The position numbers and the translations under genes are program-made. This document shows positions 22,113-42,358 of a stretch of DNA of 64,000 bases, one piece after another; positions within the stretch are counted from its first letter, which is position 1, and each line of letters opens with the position of its first letter. This stretch comes from the human T2T-CHM13v2.0 reference genome, Homo sapiens. The stretch lies in the NCBI RefSeq assembly GCF_009914755.1, contig NC_060931.1; one strand, 5' to 3'. The notes under the pieces were generated by a model. The model was given only the letters and a program-made list of their open reading frames with translations, was not told the origin of the DNA and did not search any database.

Positions 22113-22980
22113 GGTGGCCTCTTTCGGTGGTGGTCGCCTATGCTCCGCTGCAGAGCCGAGAGCTGCGCCGGGGCTGGGGTGGGCGGGGGGGCGGCGGGGA
22201 GGGTGGCCAGCCCAGTCCCTGACATTGGCCAGGCCCAGAGGGAGGGGCAGGCTGCGGGGTGAATGGCAGCAAGGGGAGGGGGCGGGCTGAGTCCGGGAAG
22301 AGGGAGGGGAGGGATGGAGGAGCAGTCGCAGGCCCAGGAGGCTGGGTGAGGAGGGAAACCCGGCGGGATCCGGGGAGGGAGAACAGCAGTCCAGCCCAGA
22401 GGGGGTTTGGTCCAAGCTGGGCAGGCAGGGAGGGCCTCCAAGGATGGAAGTGGAGTCAGGAGACTCCTGGGTCCCTCCAGGTGAGGACCCACCAGTATTT
22501 TTTTTCTTCTGACAAATAAACTGAGAGCAGGCCGGGCACGGTGGCTCACGCCTGTAATCCCAGCATTTTGGGAGGCTGAGGCGGGCGGATCATTTTAGGT
22601 CAGGAGTTCGAGACCAGCCTGGCAAATATGGTGAGACCTTTTTTTTTTTTTTTTTTTTTTTTTTTGAGACAGAGTCTTGCTCTGTTGGCAGGGCTGGAGT
22701 GCAGTGTCGTGATCTCAGCTCACCGCAACCTCCCTCTCCTGGGTTCAAGTGATTCTCCTGCCTCAGCCTCCCCAGTAGCTAGGATTACAGGCGCCCGCCA
22801 CCACAACCTGCTAATTTTTTGTATTTTTAGTAGAGATGGGGGTTTCACTATGTTGGCCAGGCTAGTCTCGAACTCCTGATCTCATGATCTGCCCGCCTCG
22901 GCCTCCCAAAGTGCTGGGATTACAGGTGTGAGCCACTGTGCCCGGCTGAGACCTCGTCTTTCCTAAAAATACAAAAATTA

Positions 22981-23226
<246 letters not shown>

Positions 23227-23559
23227 TTAACCTCTCCGAGCCTCAGTCTGTCTCTGGGAAATGGGGTTAATAACAGCTCTTGGGTGATTCAGTGAAAGAG
23301 TGTTCCTCTAGTGTCTGCTGAGGTCCTTGGCACACATTCATCATCATCACCAAAGGGTCGGGCACCGTGGCTCATGCCTGTAACTCCAGCACTTTGGGAG
23401 GCCATGGTGGGCGATTGACTGAGCTCAGGAGTTTGAGGCCAGCCTGGACAACATGGCGAAACCTCATCTCTAAAAAAATACAAAAATTAGCTGGGCATGG
23501 TGGCACGCACCTGAAGTCCCAGCTACTCAGGAGGCTGTGGCAGGAGGATCACTTGAGCC

Positions 23560-23926
23560 CAGGAGTTGGAGGCTGCAGTGAGCCAAGATCATGGCACTAC
23601 CCTCCTGCCTGGGTGACAGAGCGAGACCCTGTCTCAAAACAAAACAAAACAAAACAAAACAAAACAAGAAAAGTAATCAGGCCGGGTACAGTGGCTCACG
23701 CCTATAATCCACACACTTTGGGAAGCTGAGGTGGGTGAATCACTTGAGGTCAGGAGTTGGAGGCTGCAGTGAGCCAAGATCATGGCACTGCCCTCCTGCC
23801 TGGGCGACAGAGCGAGACCCTGTCTCAAAACAAAACAAAACAAGAAAAGTAATCAGGCCGGGTACAGTGGCTCACGTCTGTAATCCACACACTTTGGGAG
23901 GCCGAGGTGGGTGGATCACTTGAGGT
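23560..23926 (+). repeat. Tandem duplication (191 + 176 bp) across an Alu-Alu junction
   Basis: Both copies carry the private spacer CAAGAAAAGTAATCAGGCCGGGTACAG and the variant AATCCACACACTTTG. Confidence 0.9.
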
Positions 23927-23991
23927 CAGGAGTTGGAGACCAGCCTGGCCAACATGGTGACACCCCATCTTTACTAAAAATATGAAAATTA

Positions 23992-24723
<732 letters not shown>

Positions 24724-24956
24724 TGAGGTCTGTCCTGGCCCTTCTCCCATCACTCAAGGTGGTACCCTGGCATCTGGCAGAGCCAACAGCTGCCTTCTCA
24801 GGGTCATTGGCCTACCCTTGTTTGGGGCTTGCAGTTATGTTGCGATGCTGTTCAAGAGCAGGCTACCATCTATTATCTCCCACCTGGGCTGGAAGGGGTG
24901 CCTGGGGTGGTTGTGAGGGAATGATGGCTCTAAGTGAGACCCACCCTGCCTGTCTA

Positions 24957-25220
<264 letters not shown>

Positions 25221-25279
25221 TTACCTACACGGGATGGCTGACGTGGGCGTACCACCTGAGTGCTATGCCCATATCATGC

Positions 25280-25393
25280 CCCTTCCTTCCTTCCTTTCTC
25301 TTTCTCTCTTCCTTCCTTTCTTCCTTCCTCCCTTCCTTCTTCCCTTCCCCTCCCCTCCCCTCCCCTCCCCTCCCTTCCCTTCCTTTCTTTTTG
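25280..25393. repeat. Pure polypyrimidine (CCTT/CCCCT) low-complexity tract
   Basis: About 110 nt of only C/T on the plus strand, continuous with an Alu tail. Confidence 0.9.
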
Positions 25394-25803
25394 AGACGGA
25401 GTTTCAGTTTGTTACCAGGCTGCAGTGCAGTGGTGCAATCTTGGCACACTAGAACCTCCATCTCCCAGGTTCAAGCGATTCTCCTGCCTCAGCCTCCTGA
25501 GTAGCTGGGATTACAGGCATGCGCCACCACGCCCGGCTGATTTTGTATTTTTAGTACAGACAGGGTTTCTCCATGTTGGTCAGGCTAGTTTTGAACTCCC
25601 AACCTCAGGTGATCCGCCCGCCTCGGCCTCCCAAGGTGCTGGGATTACAAGCGTGAGCCACCGCGGCCGGCCATATCATGCCATTTCTAACCATGTATCT
25701 GCCCTGCGAAGAGGGCCTGGTCGCATGGTTAGTATCTTCATTTTATTTATTTATTTTAATTTAATTTTTAATTTATTGTTATTTATTTATTTATTTTTTG
25801 TGA

Positions 25804-26466
<663 letters not shown>

Positions 26467-26826
26467 TAAGGAAACTGAGGCTGGTAGAGGTGACGGCGTC
26501 ACGGGGTGAAAGTGAAGGGTCAGGATTCAAACCCAAAGAGAGCTGTTCTAATAAATATCGTAAAGATCAAAGGAATTAATATAAAAGCTTAAAACCACAC
26601 CACACATTCAGTAATTGCTAGTTACTATTATTATAATACTACACTCCCTTCCATACTGTGCGCTGAGAGATCCCACACAGAACATTCTGACTCCACAAAA
26701 AAAGTCCTGGCACGTCAGCTTGGCCCTGAATTTTGACTCCCTCAGTTCTCTCTCCAAACTTTTGTCTTTGTCCACAAACCAGCTGATACTAATCAAGGCA
26801 CATCTGCACACAGGAGTGTGTGGCCA

Positions 26827-27013
26827 TTGGAAATGAGCGTGCAAATGGACACGTTGGAAACGTGTGCAAATGATCACGTTGGAAAGGAGCATGCAAATAG
26901 ACATGGTGGAAACGAGCGTGCAAATGCACACGTTGGAAACGAGTGTGCAAATGGGCACATTGGAAATGAGCATGCAAATGGTCATGTTGGAAATGAGCAT
27001 GCAAATGGTCACG
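26827..27013. repeat. 27-bp minisatellite, 7 copies
   Basis: Consensus TTGGAAAyGAGCrTGCAAATGGwCACG; six 27-mers and one 25-mer. Confidence 0.92.
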
Positions 27014-27242
27014 TTTCTGGAAGGCAGGTTGTTAAGTGTGTCCAAAGCCCATCCTTCTACCCAATGATCTCACATGTAGGAATTTATCTTACACACATCC
27101 TGACAAGACACATGCACGATGATGTATGAGTGAGGTGGTTCACCTGTGTATTATTTCTAACACTAAGACGTTGGCAGCAATATAAATATCTGACAGTGGG
27201 GGCTAAATAATTGCAGTACATCCATGTGGGAGATATTTGTAG

Positions 27243-27772
<530 letters not shown>

Positions 27773-28354
27773 TTAGCCAGATGTGGTGGTGCATGCCTGT
27801 AGTCTCAGCTACTTGTGAGGCTGAAGTGAGAGGATCACTTGAGCTCAGGAAGTTGAGGCTGCAGTGAGCCAAGATTGTGCCACTGCACTATACAGTCTGG
27901 GCAACAGATCAAGACCCCATTTCAATAAATAAATAAGAAAATAAAACCATGAAATAGGGAGTGATGGCTAAGGAGTGCAGAATTTCTTGTTAGAGTGATG
28001 AAATTGTTTGAAAATGGATGGTAGTGATGGGTGTTACAATCCTGTGAATATATTAAAAACCATCGAATTGCCCACATGTCATACAGTTTAGCCACTGAAA
28101 GCACATACTCCATGAGACCCTTCCCTTGTTGGCTGAGGGTCTGGTTGTCTCTGGGCACTGACAGCTGGAGCTGACCCTGAAGCAAGGCTGGGCGGCTGAG
28201 TGAGTCCATGAGTCGTTCACGTCTCCCTCTCTCGAGGACTTGTGGGTGCAACTTCAGCCTGAACTGGGGCTGTCAGGCCCCGCCTCTCTCACCCTCATCC
28301 ACCTCCAAACTTCTCAACAGACTCCGCATCCTTCCCTTCCATCCTCTGCTCTCA

Positions 28355-28686
<332 letters not shown>

Positions 28687-29563
28687 TCAAGGCCAAATCA
28701 CCAGGCCACAGACACCTCACCATTCCCAGTCTCCACCCCTTTCTTCCTGCCACCTACTTGTCATTCAGCTTTCAGCTCAAAGATCATCTCATCAGGCAGC
28801 CTTTCCTGGCCACCCTGTCAAAGTGGGTTGCATCACTCTCACCTCACCCTATTTATGCCTCCACTTTATTCATCATCATCTTTTTTTTTCTGGAGTCAGG
28901 GTCTTGCTCTGTTGCCCAGGCTGGAGTGCAGTGGTGCAATCATAGCTCCCTGTGGCCTTGAACTCCTGTGTTCAAGCGATCCTCCCACCTCTGCCTTCCG
29001 AGTAGCCAGGATCACAGGTGCACGCCACTGTGCTTGGCTAATTTAATTTAATTTTATTATTATTATTATTATTTGAGACAAAGTCTCACTCTGTCGCTCA
29101 CTCTGTCGCTCTGTGCAGTGGTGGGATCTTGGCTCACTGCAACCTCCACCTCCTGAGTTCAAGCAGTTCTCCTGACTCAGCCTCCCAAGTAGCTGGGATT
29201 ATAGGCAAATGCCACCACGCCCGGCTCATTTTGGTAATTTTTGTAGAGATGGGGTTTCACCATGTTGGCCAGGCTGGTCTCAAACTCCTGACCTCAGGTG
29301 ATCCTCCCACCTCGGCCTCCCAAAGTGTTGGAATTACACGTCTGAGCCATCGTGCCTGGCCTGTCATGATCTTTAATAGCTTGTGTATTGATTAATCCAC
29401 TTGCTTACTGTCTCTTTCCCTGCAGTAATGTTAGGTGTGTGAAGTCAGGCTCCTTGCCTGTGTTGTTCATGGCTGTTTCCCCTGTCCTGCACATCATAGG
29501 CCCATGATCAATGACTGGTAAATGCATGGTTTTCTTTTTCTTTTTTCTTTCTGTTTTTTTTGA

Positions 29564-29668
<105 letters not shown>

Positions 29669-29911
29669 TGAGTAGCTGGGATTACAGGCACCCGCCACCA
29701 CAACCAGCTAATGTTTTGTGTTTTTAGTAGAGACAGGGTTTCTCCATGTTGGCCAGGCAGTCTCGAGCTCCTGACCTCAGGTGATCCACCCGCCTCAGCC
29801 TCCCAATGTGCTGGGTTTACAGGTGTGAGCCACTGTGCCCGGCCTGCATGGTTTTCAGTATATCTACTTCTCCATTCCCTGCAGCTTATATAAATGTTCA
29901 AGTCTCTCTCA

Positions 29912-30623
<712 letters not shown>

Positions 30624-31356
30624 CTACACGTGCTGTTTCTGTACCACTGCCCTTTGCCACTGCAGTTCACTATTGCACTTGAGGCTCTCCACGACCCAGC
30701 TCTGGCGAAGAACCCCAGACAGTGACTCTCAGACCTCGATCTTCAGCCGAGAGCTCGCTCTTGAACTCTGGAACTGTATATCCACCCGCTTTCTAGATGA
30801 TTCCAAAAGGGGAGGAGAAGTAGCGGGAAGCTTCGAGGGTTTCCAGTCAGAGGCCACGTTCTGTACACGTCTGAATCCTAGCACAGATGCACCATGAGTC
30901 TGTGTAACCGTCTGTCTCCCCCACCCAGGTGTGATGATCCGGGGTCTCATGCTTGTCCAGCCCCAAGCACAGCGCCTGGCACATATTAGGCACTCAGAGA
31001 ATGTGGATGGGACTGAATCAAAAAGCAGCCTTGCATTGCACTTCCTGCAGGCCCCAGCTCACCACTGTTTCCCTCCCTGTGAGTGGGCCAGGCTGGCAGC
31101 ACCAGCCGCCCCCTCCCCACGCACGCGCCGTGCTGGGGAAGGTTGCCAGTTTGGAAATCAAAGTCAGCAGCAACCTCAATTCAAAGGAGAACATGGCTGG
31201 CTGCAGAGATGTTTTATGTAAGAAAGAGGAAAAAATAGTTCCTCCCTCCTGGGGCCCGTGCTACAGTGCGGTTTCGGTGTCAGTTATTACCCAGATGTTC
31301 TCAGCCTACATCTAAGCATGAGGTATCATCACGGGACACTAATGGATTTTCTATTA

Positions 31357-31500
<144 letters not shown>

Positions 31501-31527
31501 TCACCTGAGGTCAGGAGTTTGCGACTA

Positions 31528-31884
<357 letters not shown>

Positions 31885-32610
31885 TCATCTTCCAGAGGAA
31901 GTCATTTTTGGAGATTCACTCTCAGCTTTTGTGGGTGCCCAGCGAGCCCTAACCAAAATCCTCCACTTCCCCGTTCCTCCTTGCCAGAAAACACACTGCA
32001 GCTGGCCTGGGCAGCCTGTCGGATTCTACCCTCAGCGGGTTGCTGCCCAGCCCTGCTCCTGGGCAGGTCTTCTCTTGCATCCTGCCCTGTTTGGAGCTCT
32101 GAACGTGCCCCCTTCCAACTCTGCAGGGATTAGATGGAGTCTGGGATAGACCTTTGGCTCCATGGCAGGTGATCTGGGATTGTAGCAGGCATTACTCGCA
32201 CTCACCAATATTTCTAGGTCTTCCCTCTTTCCTGGACACACATTAGACTACATTTCCCAGCATCCTTAGGGAGGAGCAGTGTACCTAGTTCTGCCCAATG
32301 AGCATTGAGGACAGGTGCTGTTCTAAGAGGAGATGCACAATTTTCCAAGCTCTCTTCCTCTTCCATAGGGAACCCTGAAGCTTCACATAGAGATGGAGGA
32401 GTCTGAAATGCTGAGACCTCGTATGGACATCAAGCCACCCTAGAAAGTCTACTGACCCCCTAGAGGACTCTGTGGGTGAAAAGTAAACTTCTGTAGTGCA
32501 AACGCACTAAGTTGTTGATTTTGGGTCAGGCACAGTGGCTCACACCTATAATCCCAGCACTTTGGGAGGCTGAGGCAGGAGAATTGCTTGAGGCCAGGAG
32601 TTTGAGACTA

Positions 32611-32886
<276 letters not shown>

Positions 32887-33269
32887 TCACAGCTTTGGAA
32901 GATCTGGACTTTGGTGATGTAGGGAAGCTGGAGTTGAGTCCTGTGTGTATGCGAGTGTGTGTATCTGGCCACAGAGGCTGGTCTACTCAGGGTCAGAAAA
33001 GCCCATTCAGGGGATCAGGCTAGGGTACATGATGGAGGAGACACTCCTGAGGGGGTTAATTTGGAAGGGGTTAGGACTGGACCAAGCTTGGGCACTGAAG
33101 GAGGCCAGAGTGGGTGGGGACCTGATGCCTGGGCAGTGGGCTGGGAGGCATTTCTGCAACAGTCAAACTCCGACAAAGTTTCCAGGCTCCCTGACCTCCC
33201 AAACCCCATGGCCAAGTGCTGCTGGGGCAGAACTGAGCAGATTCCCTTCCACGGAGGAAAAGTCTGTGA

Positions 33270-33812
<543 letters not shown>

Positions 33813-33883
33813 AAAAAGTTGGCCAGATGCGGTGGCTCACGCCTGTAATCCCAGCACTCTGGGAGGCCGCAGCAGATGGATCA

Positions 33884-34258
<375 letters not shown>

Positions 34259-35747
34259 TCACTTTTTGTTCCATTCAAGTATTAGTGAAATAAAGGCCTT
34301 AGGACCCCATCTGAAAGCCCTGGAGGACAGGAGTGAAGGTGAATGGCATGGGAGGTTGCTGTACTGGGACCTAGTCAGTGGCCTGGGGTAGCTGTAACCA
34401 TACTAGGCAGCTTCTTCTTTTATAACCATGTCACGTCCCAGGTTTCTTGGAATTGCCTGGATCTGTCCAGTAAATGGCAGGTTCCTGCAAATCAGGGGTT
34501 GCTTGGGATTCAGGCCTGAGACCGACTCTATCCTCCCTCTTTCCATCCCAGCCCTGGGTCTCTAAATGGTGCCTCCATCTTGGCTTGTGGCCACACCCTA
34601 CTTCCTGCAGGTGACTCAGGCCTTGGGTTCTTCTTGTGGCTAGAGGTCTGATCCATTCCAGGCTCCTCATTCTTAATCTTCAGGACCACGCTAATATTCC
34701 ACCTGCAGTCTATCACAGCCTGGTTTGTGCCAAAGTCAAGAGGAAATGCCTTTGGCAGATTGGTGAAGCCAAACTAGGGCCTCCTGCAGCCAACAAGCCA
34801 GCCAGGCCGCTGTGCAAGGGCAGGTCTAATCCTGGTTTTGTGGGGGCTTAGAACAGGCGCAATTCTTTTACATTTTTTTGGAGGTGGGGAATGGCGGGGA
34901 GGGGAATGGAGTCTCACTCTGTCACTCAGGCTGCAGTGCAGTAGCATGATCTCAGCTCACTGCAACCTCCGTCTCCCAAGCTCAAGTAATCCTCCCACCT
35001 CAACACCCTTGAGTATCTGGCACCACAGGCGCGCGCCACCACACCTGGCTGGTTTTTTTTTTTTTTTTTATTTTTGATAGTGATGGGATTTCACCACATT
35101 GCCCAGGCTGGTCTCAAACTCCTGAGTTCAAGTCATCAGCCCTCCTCAGCCTCCCAAAGTGCTGGGATTACAGGCGTGAGCCACCTCACCCCACTGGCTC
35201 TTTTACACTTGATCTTAGATGAAGGGCCAAGAAGCGATATCTGTGGCTCTTTTTATTTTATCTTTTTATTTTAGAGATGCGGTCTCACTCCGTTACCCAG
35301 GCTGGAATGCAGTGGTGCAGTCATGGCTCACTGCAGCCTCAAACTCCCAGGCTGAAGCGATCTTCCTGCCTCAGTCTCCTGAGTATCTGGGACTATAAGG
35401 CATGCACCACCATGCCAAGCTAGTTTTTGATTTTTTTTGTAGAGATGGTGTCTCATTACGTTGCCCAGGCTGGCCTTGAACTCAGGGTCTCAAGTGATCC
35501 TCCCACCTTGGTCTCCTAAAATGCTAGGATTACATCTAGCACCTGGCCTGCAGTTAAGTTCTAATGGGGAGGATAGACAGAGAAAGGGGCACGTGGGAAC
35601 ATTCTGGTGTCAATTATTCTATAGTCTACATTATATTTTTATCTATATCCTATTATTTTATATATTGATCAAGAGGGTGGTTATTCAAGGGTGCATGTAT
35701 ATGGAAAATTTATTGAGCTGCACACTTAATGCACTTTACACCTATAG

Positions 35748-35858
<111 letters not shown>

Positions 35859-36189
35859 TGAGGTCAGGAGTTTGAGACCAGACTGACCAACATGGTGAAA
35901 CCCCGTCTCTACTAAAAATACCAAAAAAAAAAAAAAAAAAAAATTAGCTGGGTGTGGTGGCAAACGCCTGTAATCTCAATTACTGGAAGACTGAGGCAGG
36001 AGAATCACTTGAACTTGGGAGGCAGAGGTTGTACTGAGCCAAGACCTGGCCACTGCACTCCAGCCTGGGTGACAGAGCGAGACTCTGTCTCAAAAAAAAA
36101 AAATGCAAAATTGTTTGCAAGGTTTTGAAGTTGAGCATTCCCATATTTCTCTTAAATCTGACCCCAGAAGTTTCCTTACCTCTGGCCCT

Positions 36190-36763
<574 letters not shown>

Positions 36764-36883
36764 TCAAAGGCCCAGGGCCACTGAAGGCCTCTACTTATCT
36801 CTGCCTCCTCCCTCTGACTCCGTCTTTGTCTCAATTCCCTTCCATCTATGTTTTTTTGTTTTGTTTTGTTTTTGTTTTTTTAA

Positions 36884-36988
<105 letters not shown>

Positions 36989-37533
36989 TGAGAAGCTGGG
37001 ATTACAGGCATGTGCCACCAAGCCTGGCTAATTTTGTATTTTTAGTAGAGACAGGGTTTCTCCATGTTGGTCAGGCTGGTCTCGAACTCCTGACCTTAGG
37101 TGATCTGCCTGCCTTGGCCTCCCAAAATGCTGGGATTACAGGCGTGAGCCACCGTGCCTGGCTTGCCTAATTGTTGTATTTTTAGTAGAGACAGGGTTTC
37201 ACTATGTTACCCAGGCTGGTCTTGAACTCCTGGCCTCAGGTGATCTGCCTGCTTGGCCTCTCAAAGTGCTAGGATTACAGGCATGAACCATCATGCCTGG
37301 CTTGTTTTTTTGTTTTTTGTTTGTTTGTTTGTTTGTTTTTACTAAAAACAAAATTGGGGAGGGGGTGTAAAAGAAAAATGGCCCTTCCTTAAAGTCTTCT
37401 TTTGAGTGCCTTGGATTTTTAACCAATGTGGCCACATCCTTTTCCATGGGCCCCTCCTGCTTCCACAGGTCTGTTTTACTGTCTTACATGTACACTTGGC
37501 TTCCATGGGCCCTCCTCACTCCCTACACTTTAA

Positions 37534-37902
<369 letters not shown>

Positions 37903-38433
37903 TGATCCACCTGCCTTGGCCTCCCAAAGTGCTGTGATTACAGGCGTGAGCCACCGTGCCCAGCCTCTTGGGCTTTATTTTTTAGAGGCAAAGTCTCACT
38001 CTGTCACCCAGTCTGGAATGCAGGAACACCATCATATCTCACTGCAGCCTTGACCTTCCAAGCTGAAGTCATCCTCCTGCCTCAGCCTCCTGAGTAGCTG
38101 GGATCACAGGCGCATACTACCATGCCCAGCTAATTAAAAAAAAATTTTTATAGAAATGGGGTCTCACTATGTTGCCCAGACAGGTCTCAAACTTCTGGGC
38201 TCAAGCGATCCTCCTTCTTCAGCCTCCCAAAGTGCTGGGATTACACATGTGAGCCACTGCACCCAGCCTGGGGGAGACTTTAGAAACCTCCTCAGAGGCC
38301 GGGTGCGGTGGCTCACGCCTGTAATCCCAGCACTTTGCGAGGCAGAGGCGGGCGGCTCACGAGGTCAGGAGATCGAGACCATTCTGGTTAACATGGTGAA
38401 ACCCCGTCTCTACTAAAACTACAAAAAAAATTA

Positions 38434-38676
<243 letters not shown>

Positions 38677-39274
38677 TCACCCAGCTGGGGAATGGCAGTG
38701 CCAGGTCACCCTCAGGCCCCATCCAAGGCTGTCTCCACAGAGCCTCCACACACACCTCAGGCAAAGCCTCAAACCTCTGTCCAGACGTCTCCTGCCTGGC
38801 TTGAGGATGCCCTCACTGGCTTCCCCTCACTCGTGTTGTAGGAGGTGGAGTGGGTTGATGTCCTCTTTCCTATGCCCTAGGATTTGGGGAACAAACATTT
38901 ATGTACTGGCCCTGGTGGCCAGGGTGAGCATTGACCAGGCTGGCCAATCACTGTATCTCAGCCTTTGTGTCCTACAGAGGGCTTTTTGGAGCCCCTGCAG
39001 AGTTGATACTTTGGTCCTGAGAGAGAACGGTCTTTCTGTGGGTCCGTTGGCTGTATGGACGTCAAAGGTTTGGGGCTGCTGGCAGCCATGTTGCCACCCT
39101 GTGGAGGATCAGTTCTTATGACATCATCCGAACTCCTGGATCCAGCTGTGCCTGAAATGCACCCAACTTACATTTGACAGAAGGACTTCTCAGTAACACA
39201 GGCTCATAAATTCCTCTTTTTGGTTGTTGTTTTTTAAAGCCTGTTTGGCTGGATGAGGTGGCTCACGCCTGTAA

Positions 39275-39544
<270 letters not shown>

Positions 39545-39707
39545 TAGAGACAGGGTTTTGCCATGTTGGCCAGGCTGGTCTCAAACTCCTGGCCTCAGGT
39601 GATTCACCCGCCTCAGCCTCCGACAGTGCTGGGATTACAGGCATAAGCCAGACCCTGTCTTAAAAAAAAAAATTAGCTGAGCATGATGGTACACACCTGT
39701 AGTCCTA

Positions 39708-39863
<156 letters not shown>

Positions 39864-40057
39864 TTAAAAAAATTTAAGGCTGTTTAGAGTTCAGATGCAA
39901 TCACTTGCAACTAGTGGGACACTCAGTGCTAGAAACCTCTAAGTAAAGAGGAAACAGGAAGAGCTCTCATATGAAAGTTGCATCTCGGCCGGGCACGGTG
40001 GCTCACGCCTGTAATCCCAGCACTTTGGGAGGCCGAGGCGGGCGGATCACAAGCTCA

Positions 40058-40285
<228 letters not shown>

Positions 40286-40616
40286 TCAAAAAAAAAAAAA
40301 AAAGAAAGTTTCATCTCATTTCCTGTTGATGTTTGGTGAGAGGGGATTTGCCCTTTGAGCAAATCTTTGAGGAGGTAAGACTCTCCTTCTTGGCCTCCTC
40401 GGGGAAGGATGGTATGGCTGATTTCAGGTCTCTGGGCTCCTAGCTCTTGCATGGGCTCAGGGAGGAAGTGGCTCTGTCCTCCAAAAGAGGCCAATTGGGC
40501 TGGCGAGGGACTGGAGATCCGTCTCCAGTGGAAAGGTGAAGATGGACTATGCTGGATGGAACAATCTCTGTGTGTCTTTTTTTTTAATCTGTTTTATTTT
40601 TAAAAACTTTTTTTTA

Positions 40617-40979
<363 letters not shown>

Positions 40980-41660
40980 TCACCGCAACCTCTGCCTCCC
41001 AGACTCAAGTGATTCTCCTGCCTCAGCCTCCCGAGTGGCTGGGATTACAGGTGTGTGCCACTACTGCCCAGCTAATTTTTGTATTTGTAGTAGAGATGGG
41101 GTTTCACCATGTTGGTCAGGCTGGTCTTGAACTCCTGACCTCAAATGATCCACCTGCCTCGGCCTCCCAAAGTGCTGCGATTACAGGCGTGAGCCACTGC
41201 ACCCGGCCCATTTTTTAAAATAGAGACCGGGTCTCGCTATGTTTCCCAGACTGTTCTTGAACTCCTGGCCTCAAGTGATCCTCCTGCCTCAGCCTGGTGT
41301 GTGTTTCTCTTTATAGCAGGGATTTCTTATGGGAGCCCATGGCGGCCTCTGAAACCGTAGGCAGTATGTGGTGTGGTCAGTGTCGTTCTGGTCAGTGTGT
41401 GAAGGCTTCCTGAGCTGGCTTGGAAGAACCTCTGAGGGCTGGTTTTGCAAGGCCCTGGGCTTGGGTACCGCTCAGCCCCCTGCAGCTGTGTGGAGATCTG
41501 CCTATGGCCGTCTTCTTTGCAGAACCAGCGTCTCCCAGGAGGCCTGGGGAATACTTCCAGGAAGCTGCAGAGTTGGGGACTGGGGACGAGGAAGAGACCT
41601 ATCTATGATGGACTAGAAGGAACTTTCCTTGAGTGACACCCAATGAGAACTGGTGTCACC

Positions 41661-41679
41661 TGGCCACCAGAGGGCCCAG
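41661..41679 (+). promoter_or_regulatory. Candidate CTCF site
   Basis: TGGCCACCAGAGGGCCCAG closely matches the CTCF core consensus. Confidence 0.6.
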
Positions 41680-41950
41680 TGAGAGAACTCCTTGCACTAG
41701 GTGGGAAAGAGGTTGTCACACCCTGAGGCTGGCGGGATCAGATCCAAACACATCCCGGGAGTCCTCATCCCCAGCTGCCAGGCTGTGGTGCTGGCCCCTA
41801 GGCATGGAGCCTCAGGGACACTTCCTCTGTCACTTGGTGGCAAAGCATTGGGCTCCCGTGGTCCCCTGTGCCTAGGTGGGGTTTGGGCATCATGCCGTCC
41901 TGGAGGGGCCTCAAGTCAACCATGAGAGGAGACTCCGCTCCCCATTATCA

Positions 41951-42358
<408 letters not shown>

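Larger units (their letters stand above)
21500..22400. promoter_or_regulatory. CpG island / internal promoter of short delphilin
   Basis: CpG-dense with GC boxes, a minus-strand CCAAT (22224-22228) and G-runs upstream of the MSCLG ATG. Confidence 0.8.

Noticed and set aside
26827-27013. CRISPR-like array
   Set aside because: Units are contiguous with no unique spacers, and the context is eukaryotic; this is a minisatellite.
26608-27129. Repetitive ORFs (NEHANGHVG, MQMVMLEMS, TICMLISN)
   Set aside because: Artefacts of the 27-bp repeat period; no splice signals.
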